From an uncultured Pelosinus sp. (GTDB lineage: Bacteria; Bacillota; Negativicutes; Sporomusales; Acetonemataceae): 64,000 bases of DNA. Shown here one piece after another: positions 57,134 to 64,000 of the stretch. The DNA is taken from positions 3,668-67,667 of the forward strand of contig UQPB01000011.1 in the NCBI GenBank assembly GCA_900542835.1. The letters are read 5' to 3'. Position 1 is the first letter of the stretch. Each line of letters begins with the position of its first letter. The notes under the pieces were generated by a model, which did no database searches, had not been told where the DNA came from, and saw only the letters and a list, made by a program, of their open reading frames with translations. The translations under genes and the position numbers were made by a program.

Positions 57134-58915
57134 ATGAACCGTAAACTAAACCAAGCCTGGCTAACGATAAGGCAGTGGCGGCTTGTCCCGCCGGCAGTGT
57201 TTCAATTGGCGAAGATTAGTTTGCAAAAAAAGATGCTTCTGGTTGTCGGTCTGCTTACCTGTGTCTCTATTTGTGTGGCGATTGTTGGCCTGCGGGGCAT
57301 TGCGACAGCTAACGACCGGCTGCGCGAGACCTACCAGCTGCGGATTGTTCCTTTTACCGAATTGAAGGCAGTTAATGATAATTATGTGATGATCATTGAT
57401 ACTACCCACAAGCTTAGGAATGGCAACATGACCTGGCAGGTTGCCGGTGAACGGCTGGAGGCTGCGACCAGGGCGATCGAGCTGCACTGGGCCAACTATC
57501 AGGCAAAGGGCGGCAGCGGCGAGCGGCAGTTAATCGCTCAGATTGAAATGCAGTTTGGTATTGCCAACACGGAGTTAGAAAATCTTAAACGGATTGTCGG
57601 CAGTCAGGATATGAATGCGCTGGCTGATTTTATGATTAATGTCATGTATTCGGGCATAGAACCGATTTCGGTGCAAATATCCGCCCTGATTGACTGGGAG
57701 CTGCAGGCGGCGCGTGAGGATTACGAGGCTGCTCAGGAACATTACCGGCTGCAGGCGGGATTGTTTATCGCCCTCGTCGCCGCCGGACTTGTGCCGGCAC
57801 TTGGCTTTTCCCTTGCCGTTATCCGGCTGACGCTGCTGCCGATACGGGAAATGGTAACGGCAGTAGAACAGATCGCTGTCGGCAACCTGGCAGTCAACCG
57901 GATGGAAGTTGTCAGTAACGACGAGGTCGGCCGCCTGGGAGCCGCTATCAATACGATGCTGGGCAATCTTAACCGGCTGGTCGAGCAGGTACGGCTTTCG
58001 GCCGGTAAGGTTGCCGCGGCTTCGGCGGAGACAGTCGCCGCTGCCGGCGGCGTGGAACAGACCGCAGCCGGCCTGCTTGACGGCAGCCGGCAACTGCACC
58101 GGCATGCCAATGAGGGCAGCGGTTCAATTGTGGAAGTAGCAAAGGTACTGGTTGAATTGTCCTCCTTGCTGGAAATTGCCCGCATCCGCGCCGAATCGAC
58201 TGCTGAAAAGGCGGTTGAGACAACACAGGCCACGCTGGAAGGCAAAACCGCTGTGGCTGCGACTGTTATGCGGATGCAGGAAATCGAACGGAAAACAGTT
58301 GATACCGAAAGCCGCATACAGACCCTGGAAGAGTACTCCCGCCAGATTGCGCTGATTAACCAGACCATTACCGGGATTGCCGCCCAGACAAATCTACTGG
58401 CACTTAACGCGGCGATCGAGGCGGCGCGAGCAGGGGAGGCCGGCCGCGGCTTTGCCGTTGTCGCCCGCGAGGTGACGAGCCTTGCCGAGCAATCCCGCAG
58501 CGGGGCTAGACAGGTTTCCGAACTGGTGGAAAAAATTTCGCAGGGAACCGCCGCCGTTGTCTGCGGCATCGATGAAAGCCGCCAGCTGGCGGCTGAGGGC
58601 GTGGAACTGGCGGCCGCGGCCGGCGGCCGGCTTGATCATATTGTGCAAACCGTTGGCGCCAGCAGCCGGGAAATCAACGGCGTTCTGGAAGTAACGCAGG
58701 AAGATGTGGCTCAATCGGAGCGTATCATCGAACTCATCGATTCGCTGGCGACGATTATTGAAAGCACAGCGACCAATGCCCGGCAGGTAACTGCGGCTGC
58801 GCAGCAGACCTCGACCATAATGGCTTCGCTGACCGCGGCGGCGGAGGAATCCAATTCGCTGGCGGCCGGTCTGCGTTCAGAGATTGGCTATTTCCAGACA
58901 GAACAGGAGGCTTAA
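57134..58915 (+). CDS. Methyl-accepting chemotaxis protein with 4-helix-bundle (4HB_MCP) sensor, HAMP and MA domains
   Basis: Two TM segments flanking a ~170-aa periplasmic domain; HAMP; highly conserved MA signalling domain ([24 protein letters not shown]). Confidence 0.85.
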   Translation: MNRKLNQAWLTIRQWRLVPPAVFQLAKISLQKKMLLVVGLLTCVSICVAIVGLRGIATANDRLRETYQLRIVPFTELKAVNDNYVMIIDTTHKLRNGNMTWQVAGERLEAATRAIELHWANYQAKGGSGERQLIAQIEMQFGIANTELENLKRIVGSQDMNALADFMINVMYSGIEPISVQISALIDWELQAAREDYEAAQEHYRLQAGLFIALVAAGLVPALGFSLAVIRLTLLPIREMVTAVEQIAVGNLAVNRMEVVSNDEVGRLGAAINTMLGNLNRLVEQVRLSAGKVAAASAETVAAAGGVEQTAAGLLDGSRQLHRHANEGSGSIVEVAKVLVELSSLLEIARIRAESTAEKAVETTQATLEGKTAVAATVMRMQEIERKTVDTESRIQTLEEYSRQIALINQTITGIAAQTNLLALNAAIEAARAGEAGRGFAVVAREVTSLAEQSRSGARQVSELVEKISQGTAAVVCGIDESRQLAAEGVELAAAAGGRLDHIVQTVGASSREINGVLEVTQEDVAQSERIIELIDSLATIIESTATNARQVTAAAQQTSTIMASLTAAAEESNSLAAGLRSEIGYFQTEQEA

Positions 58916-58917
58916 CG

Positions 58918-59229
58918 ATGGATGTAACCGTAGAAGACGGCCGGGCAGTCATGCGCATAGCCGGCGAGTTTCAGGGAAAAAACGCCGCTGACGTGCGCGA
59001 CGCGCTGCTCGCATGCCTGCAGGATGGCCATCGTCATGTTGTGATCGATCTGAGTGGCGTCAGCCTGATCAATGCCACCGGAATCGGCGTTCTGGTCAGC
59101 GTCCAGCAGCGCTTGGAGGCGCTGGGAGGCAAGCTGAGCCTGTATGGTCTGGAGCAGCCGGTCGGCCAGGTGCTCGAGCGAACCCGGCTTCACCGCAGCT
59201 TCGATAGTGAACCGCCGGCCGAATCTTAA
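58918..59229 (+). CDS. STAS-domain protein (anti-sigma-factor antagonist, SpoIIAA/RsbV-like)
   Basis: 103 aa; DLSGVSLINATGIGVL matches the SpoIIAA phospho-loop region (Thr instead of Ser); ATG 3 nt after the MCP stop codon, RBS inside the MCP 3' end. Confidence 0.7.
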   Translation: MDVTVEDGRAVMRIAGEFQGKNAADVRDALLACLQDGHRHVVIDLSGVSLINATGIGVLVSVQQRLEALGGKLSLYGLEQPVGQVLERTRLHRSFDSEPPAES

Positions 59230-59249
59230 CAAAAAATTAACATGAAATT

Positions 59250-59282
59250 AATAGAATCGGAATTGTTGTCCATTATAATTCT
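59250..59282 (+). promoter_or_regulatory. Putative internal promoter (-10 TATAAT at ~59274, AT-rich UP-like tract) upstream of the leader element and pstC
   Basis: TATAAT read directly; -35 weak; lies in the 265-nt gap between the STAS gene and pstC. Confidence 0.35.
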
Positions 59283-59297
59283 TGTGAAGAGTCTTGG

Positions 59298-59452
59298 TAA
59301 GCGATGATTAAATGAACCGGTCAGGCAGGCGAAAATTTTTTCACCTGGCAAGGAAGCGAGAGCGCAGGAAGAGCAGCTCTTTCAAGGTCTTGCTGACGCA
59401 GCCAGACGGCAACAGCTCCGCCAGCTTGGGCTGCGTGACTTAATCAGTGCTG
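59298..59452 (+). repeat. MITE-like structured element, family L, copy 2 (leader of pstC-pstA-EAL/GGDEF inside the pst operon)
   Basis: See family L description; ends 42 nt before the pstC ATG; TATAAT 20 nt upstream. Confidence 0.75.
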
Positions 59453-59494
59453 ACCTTGCGCTTGTGTCAATGCGAATAAGGATGTGAACATTTA

Positions 59495-60388
59495 ATGCCG
59501 GCAATCGATCAGGGAAGCAGCCACAAACTGAAGCTGATGTATGACAACTATATCCGGATGCTGTTTGTGGCTTCCGCTGCGTTAATGGCAGTGATTATTT
59601 TTGCGATCATTTTGTTTATCGGCCAGCAGGGGCTGCTGACCTTTAAAGAAGTCACGCCGCTGGAGTTTTTCCTGTCAGCAAAATGGGACCCGACTGACGG
59701 CCGTTACGGCGCCTTAAGCTTTATTCTCGGCTCAATCTGTACGACCTTTCTCGCCGTGCTCATCGGTGCGCCGCTGGGACTGGCGGGAGCGGTTTTCCTG
59801 GCTAAGATCGCTCCCCAGAGCGTCAGACGGTTCATGCGCCCGGCAACGGATTTATATGTAGCCGTGCCGTCAGTTGTTTACGGCTATATCGGGCTTACCG
59901 TTCTTATTCCGTTTATCCGCGTGCATTTTGACGCCGGATCGGGATTTGGACTGCTGGCAGCATCGCTGATACTGGCGGTTATGATTCTGCCGACCGTTAT
60001 TACTATTTCCGAGGACGCCATTCGTTCTGTGCCGGCAAATCTGGAGGAAGCGTCGCTGGCTCTCGGCGCTACCCGCTGGCAGACTGTTCGCCGCGTCCTG
60101 CTGCCGGCGGCGGCTCCCGGCATTCTAACGGCGATTATCCTGGCTATGGCCAGGGCGATTGGCGAAACAATGGCGGTGCAGATGGTAATCGGCAACACGC
60201 CGCTGCTGCCCAAGTCGCTGCTGACACCGACCGCAACCCTTACCAGTGAAATTGTTGTTGAGATGGGCAATACGCCGTTTGGGTCGACCTGGGGCAACTC
60301 CCTGTTCTTAATGGCGCTGGTCCTGCTGGCTATTTCCTTATTGATGATTGTGTGCATCCGTCATATCGGCAAGAGGAGGTTTGCCTGA
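59495..60388 (+). CDS. pstC: Phosphate ABC transporter permease
   Basis: 6 TM, EAA-like loop EEASLALGATRWQTVRRVLLP; typical PstC. Confidence 0.9.
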   Translation: MPAIDQGSSHKLKLMYDNYIRMLFVASAALMAVIIFAIILFIGQQGLLTFKEVTPLEFFLSAKWDPTDGRYGALSFILGSICTTFLAVLIGAPLGLAGAVFLAKIAPQSVRRFMRPATDLYVAVPSVVYGYIGLTVLIPFIRVHFDAGSGFGLLAASLILAVMILPTVITISEDAIRSVPANLEEASLALGATRWQTVRRVLLPAAAPGILTAIILAMARAIGETMAVQMVIGNTPLLPKSLLTPTATLTSEIVVEMGNTPFGSTWGNSLFLMALVLLAISLLMIVCIRHIGKRRFA

Positions 60389-61245
60389 TGTCGCCTCGGT
60401 TTAGCGATAAATTAGCAACTGCAGTCATGTGGCTTGCGGCGTTGCTGATTCTTGGCATCCTGTTCTGCTTTTTGGGGTATATGCTGATCCAAGGCCTGCC
60501 GGTTCTGTCCTGGAATTTCATTTTCGGCATGTCGAGCGATACTCAGGCCGGCGGCGGCGTCGGTCCGCAGCTGTTCAATTCGTTTTATATCCTGATCCTA
60601 TCGCTGGCGTTTGCCATTCCTGTGGCTGTCGGTGCCGGCATTTATCTGGCTGAATACGCCTCGGACAACTGGCTGACCAATCTGGTCCGGCTCAGCACGG
60701 AAAGCCTGGCTACCGTTCCGTCCATCGTACTCGGTCTGTTCGGAATGATCGTATTTGTCAATATAGCCGGCTTTGGTATCAGCATTATTGCCGGCTCGCT
60801 GTCACTGATGCTGTTAAACCTGCCGGTACTGGTACGGGTAACGGAAGAATCGCTGCGGACGGTTCCGGCTTCTTTCCGTGAAGCCAGCCTGGCGCTGGGG
60901 GCGACCAAGTGGCAAACCATCTGGCGTGTCATTCTGCCTAATGCCCTGCCGGGAATTATTACCGGTGTAACCCTGACTGCCGGCAGGGCCCTGGGCGAAA
61001 CCGCCATTCTTATTTTTACCGCCGGCACCACCGTGTCGCGCAATTTGCCTGATATCGACCTGCTAGCCTCGGGCGAGACGCTGGCTGTGCATATGTGGTA
61101 TGTCATGGCGCTAGGCCTGGTGCCTGACCGGCTGGATATCGCCAACGGCATTGGCGCACTGCTGATTATTGTAGTGCTGCTGTTTAATCTCGCACTGACT
61201 GTGCCTGCTGAATTGATGCGGCGCCGCATGGGCGGCGGCCGTTGA
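60388..61245 (+). CDS. pstA: Phosphate ABC transporter permease
   Basis: TGATG overlap with pstC stop; EAA loop REASLALGATKWQTIWRVILP. Confidence 0.9.
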   Translation: MSPRFSDKLATAVMWLAALLILGILFCFLGYMLIQGLPVLSWNFIFGMSSDTQAGGGVGPQLFNSFYILILSLAFAIPVAVGAGIYLAEYASDNWLTNLVRLSTESLATVPSIVLGLFGMIVFVNIAGFGISIIAGSLSLMLLNLPVLVRVTEESLRTVPASFREASLALGATKWQTIWRVILPNALPGIITGVTLTAGRALGETAILIFTAGTTVSRNLPDIDLLASGETLAVHMWYVMALGLVPDRLDIANGIGALLIIVVLLFNLALTVPAELMRRRMGGGR

Positions 61246-61259
61246 CAGGAGAGAGAAAT

Positions 61260-63050
61260 ATGCCTGGCGATTTTACAATACCTGACCCTGATTCGCACAC
61301 GGATTCCGTGGAGGCTGAACTACGGTCAATTATCGCCAATCGCGATATTTATACCGTGTTTCAGCCGATTGTTTCGCTGACTGACGCCACGATTATCGGC
61401 TACGAAGCGTTAAGCCGCGGCCCTGCGGGTTCGTCGCTGGAGCAGCCCGACCGTCTGTTTGCCGCTGCCGCCGCTTTGGACCTGCTGTGGGAACTGGATC
61501 TCTTATGCCGCTTCCGGGCGTTGGAGACGGCCAACGGCCTGCTGGAAAACTATCTGCTGTTCATCAATGTCGACCCCAAGATCATCAATGACCCGCGGTT
61601 TCAGAAAGGCTTGACCCGCGGCTATTTAAACGCCGCCGCGCATGATATTCTGGGCATTGTCTTTGAAATCACCGAGAAGACGGCGGTGCAGGATTATAAA
61701 GCATTTCGCCGCATTCTCGACAATTATACCAGTCAGGGCTATCAGATTGCGCTTGATGATACCGGTTCCGGTTATTCCGGCCTCACCTTGCTGGCAGAGA
61801 CTCGGCCGCAGTATGTCAAGCTGGATATGGAGCTGGTCAGGCATATTGACAAGGATTCGCTGAAGCAGGCCCTGATCCGCTCTCTGTGCCAGTTTGCCGA
61901 CGCCAGCAATATTAAGCTGATCGCCGAAGGCATTGAGACTGTCAACGAGCTGGAGTGCCTGATCGACATCGGTGTTCATTATGGTCAGGGCTTTTTTCTG
62001 CAGCGGCCGGCCGCCGGACCTATTGCTCTCAATGCGGCTATGGTACTGCATATCCGCGAGCGGAATGACGCAAAGCAAAGGCAAATGTTCTGTCCGACTC
62101 TATCTGTTCCTATCGGTGAGATCGCCCGCCGTGATCCCTCGTTTCCGCCGCAGGCGTCGGGCCAGGAAATGATTGCTTATTTTAATCGCAATCCGGCGGT
62201 ACAGGGAATTCCGATTGTTGAGAACGGCAGGCCGCTGGGATTATTATCAAAGCATAAGTTTCTTGGCCACCTGGCTACGCAATACGGTGTCGCCATTTAT
62301 ATGAACCGCCCGGTACATCTTCTGATGGATAAAAATCCGTTGATTGTCGACTGGAGTACGCCGCTGGAGCAGGTGAGCACATTTGCCGTGGCCCGTTCGG
62401 ACGAACGCCTGTATGATTATATCATTGTCACCCAGGATAACGCCTATTACGGCATAACCACCGTAAAAGCGCTGCTGGAAAAAACCACTCAGTTAGAAGT
62501 TACCCGGGCGAAATACGCAAATCCCCTGACCGGGCTGCCAGGCAACTTTCTGATTGAGCAGGAATTGAAGCGGGCTGTCTGCGACGGTCAGGATTATGCG
62601 GTGCTGTATTTTGACCTGGATAATTTCAAGGCCTATAATGACCTATATGGATTTGAGAATGGTGATAAAATTCTTATCTTTACAGCGCAGACAATTCAAG
62701 CCGGCCTGGACCAATATCAGCCGTCCGGGGCTTTTTTGGGCCATATCGGCGGCGATGATTTTGTTGCTGTAATCAAGAATGATAACGCAGCCGGCTTATG
62801 TGAAGCGATTATTGCCGCATTTGACCGCCAGATAGGCGCTTTTTACAGTGAGCGAGACCGTGAGCAGGGATTTGTTATCTCCAAGAACCGGCATGGCAGT
62901 GACGAACAGTTCCCTTTGATTTCGATCTCAATCGGTGTGGTTACCGGCCGTCGCAATCGCTTTACCAGCCATCTGCAGATTGGCGAAGCCGCCAGCCTGG
63001 TCAAGAAGGAGTGCAAGCTGACCTGGCAGAGCTGCTATCATATCGCCTGA
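61260..63050 (+). CDS. c-di-GMP phosphodiesterase-type protein: EAL domain - CBS pair - degenerate GGDEF (GGDDF) domain
   Basis: EAL motifs intact (EALSR, DDTGSGYSG, EGIET, QGFFLQRP); central tandem CBS-like segments; GGDEF domain with NPLTGLPGN, DLDNFKAYND but active-site GGDDF; begins 12 nt after the pstA stop. Confidence 0.85.
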   Translation: MPGDFTIPDPDSHTDSVEAELRSIIANRDIYTVFQPIVSLTDATIIGYEALSRGPAGSSLEQPDRLFAAAAALDLLWELDLLCRFRALETANGLLENYLLFINVDPKIINDPRFQKGLTRGYLNAAAHDILGIVFEITEKTAVQDYKAFRRILDNYTSQGYQIALDDTGSGYSGLTLLAETRPQYVKLDMELVRHIDKDSLKQALIRSLCQFADASNIKLIAEGIETVNELECLIDIGVHYGQGFFLQRPAAGPIALNAAMVLHIRERNDAKQRQMFCPTLSVPIGEIARRDPSFPPQASGQEMIAYFNRNPAVQGIPIVENGRPLGLLSKHKFLGHLATQYGVAIYMNRPVHLLMDKNPLIVDWSTPLEQVSTFAVARSDERLYDYIIVTQDNAYYGITTVKALLEKTTQLEVTRAKYANPLTGLPGNFLIEQELKRAVCDGQDYAVLYFDLDNFKAYNDLYGFENGDKILIFTAQTIQAGLDQYQPSGAFLGHIGGDDFVAVIKNDNAAGLCEAIIAAFDRQIGAFYSERDREQGFVISKNRHGSDEQFPLISISIGVVTGRRNRFTSHLQIGEAASLVKKECKLTWQSCYHIA

Positions 63051-63056
63051 TCCTTA

Positions 63057-63083
63057 CAGACGCGCAAGCGTCTTGTTTTGTTG
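63057..63083 (+). terminator. Terminator hairpin AGACGC-GCAA-GCGTCT + TGTTTTGTT after the EAL-GGDEF gene (copy 1 of a 26-bp direct repeat)
   Basis: Read directly; an identical copy is at 63221-63247. Confidence 0.6.
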
Positions 63084-63084
63084 A

Positions 63085-63220
63085 AACCTTATTTTCAGGC
63101 CGTTCAGAAAGCCCCGGATACTAGGCGGACTCGCGAGCCCAGCAGCAACGCGTACGGAAAGGTACGCTAGCAATGGGATTGCCGAGGCAACAACGTAAGT
63201 GGGGCTTTATCAACGGCCTG
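63085..63220 (+). repeat. Stem-closed structured element, family S, copy 2 (136 bp) flanked by a duplicated terminator
   Basis: Same ends and core as copy 1; compensatory changes in closing stem (GCTA/TAGG vs CCCG/GGGG); 26-bp direct repeats on both sides. Confidence 0.7.
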
Positions 63221-63247
63221 CAGACGCGCAAGCGTCTTGTTTTGTTT
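63221..63247 (+). terminator. Second identical copy of the terminator hairpin (direct repeat flanking the inserted element)
   Basis: 26/26 nt identical to 63057-63082. Confidence 0.6.
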
Positions 63248-63262
63248 GGCCTGCGCCCGCTG

Positions 63263-63293
63263 CGCATGAGCCGGCCCTTTTTCCGCCATACTA
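63263..63293 (+). promoter_or_regulatory. Forespore-type (sigma-F/G-like) promoter candidate GCATGA-N18-CATACTA for the second SpoIID paralog
   Basis: -10 CATACTA matches CATnnTA; -35 GCATG resembles GnATA; low certainty. Confidence 0.3.
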
Positions 63294-63317
63294 GTAAAAA
63301 CGGATGGGGGAATGGAT

Positions 63318-64000
63318 ATGCGTTTGATGAGATGGCGACTGGTAATCGCCGTTCTTGTTATGCTGTCGTTGGGCCTGAGCGGCTGCAATTTATTCAAATC
63401 ACCGCAGCAGAAGCCGCTGACGCCGCAGCCGCAGCAGGAAGCACAGGCAAAGGAGCCGGATATTACTGTCTACATGCATGAAACCGGCGAAAAAAAGACA
63501 ATGAAAATGGAGGACTACATTGCCGGCGTAGTCGCCGGTGAAATGAAGCCTGACTGGCCGGTAACGGCGCTGGCGGCTCAGGCAATTATCGCCAGAACCT
63601 TTACCCTGGAAGCAATTGAGACAAAGGGTGGCGTCAAGGAGCGCGGCACGCAGGCTTCGACCGATATTAAAGAGTTTCAGGCTTATAACGGCAAGGCTGT
63701 CAATGATAATATCCGCAAAGCTGTGGAGATGACGCGCGGCATGGTTGCGGTTTATCAGGGCAAACCGATCAAGGCCTGGTTCCATGCCAGCGCCGGCGGA
63801 CAGACGGCGTCGGCTAAGGAGGGGCTGGCGTACAATGAAGCCGAACCGCCGTATATCCGGCCGGTGCAGTCGCCGGATGATCTGGCTCCTGCGGATATAA
63901 AAAATTGGGAAGCCCGCTTTACCAAGGAGGAAGTGATCGCCGCCTTGCAGAAAAGCGGCAAGCAGGTTAATGATATTGCCAGTATGAGTATTGCCGAAAA
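63318..64000 (+). CDS. SpoIID/LytB-domain protein (second SpoIID paralog), 3'-partial
   Basis: Signal peptide/lipobox (LSGCN), Gln/Pro-rich linker, SpoIID domain motifs (PDWPVTALAAQAIIARTF, AWFHASAGGQTAS); runs off the window end. Confidence 0.7.
   Translation, partial: MRLMRWRLVIAVLVMLSLGLSGCNLFKSPQQKPLTPQPQQEAQAKEPDITVYMHETGEKKTMKMEDYIAGVVAGEMKPDWPVTALAAQAIIARTFTLEAIETKGGVKERGTQASTDIKEFQAYNGKAVNDNIRKAVEMTRGMVAVYQGKPIKAWFHASAGGQTASAKEGLAYNEAEPPYIRPVQSPDDLAPADIKNWEARFTKEEVIAALQKSGKQVNDIASMSIAE

Noticed and set aside
59298-59452. PhoB box within the pstC leader
   Set aside because: No TTAACA-type hexamers at 11-bp spacing were seen inside the element. The Pho boxes are upstream of pstS, pstB and the glycosyltransferase gene instead.

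Overview
This 64-kb window is GC-rich (~58%) and densely coding, mostly on the plus strand. The gene order is Bacillus-like and carries many sporulation genes: spoIID (two paralogs), spo0F, fin, spoVT, and a yabM/spoVB-like flippase, with readable sigma-H, sigma-G and forespore-type promoters. This suggests a high-GC endospore-forming Firmicute, possibly a Negativicutes or Peptococcaceae member; that is an inference from the sequence alone. I call 57 CDSs, with no rRNA, tRNA, CRISPR array, transposase or integrase.

The most unusual region is a phosphate (Pho) island at 49.7-63.0 kb:
- a PhoB-like response regulator gene, then pstB-phoU behind a Pho box;
- a divergent PhoR-like histidine kinase gene;
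- a Pho-box-preceded glycosyltransferase plus zinc phospholipase C pair, a candidate phosphate-sparing lipid-remodelling module;
- a pst operon that also encodes a 4HB chemoreceptor, a STAS protein, an internal promoter with a structured leader element, and an EAL-CBS-GGDEF protein whose start lies 12 nt after the pstA stop.

Three previously unrecognised families of structured intergenic repeats are visible:
- (i) a ~150-bp element with terminal inverted repeats (TIRs), resembling a miniature inverted-repeat transposable element (MITE) and called MITE-like below, in three copies; all sit in 5' leaders in sense orientation, and the closing stem uses G-U pairs;
- (ii) a 136-192-bp stem-closed candidate small RNA (sRNA) in two copies that show compensatory substitutions; one copy is flanked by a duplicated terminator;
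- (iii) long palindromes built from CACRGAG(G) heptamer arrays at six loci, including a 2x186-bp tandem between pgl and a metallophosphoesterase gene.

Other notable items:
- a DUF2156 (MprF C-domain/VlmA-like aminoacyl-tRNA transferase) - Eis-like GNAT - Na+ symporter operon;
- a tandem Cys-rich zinc-ribbon-like protein where Bacillus has fbaA;
- an E. coli-type speD gene.

All coordinates for non-CDS features are approximate (+/-2 nt).
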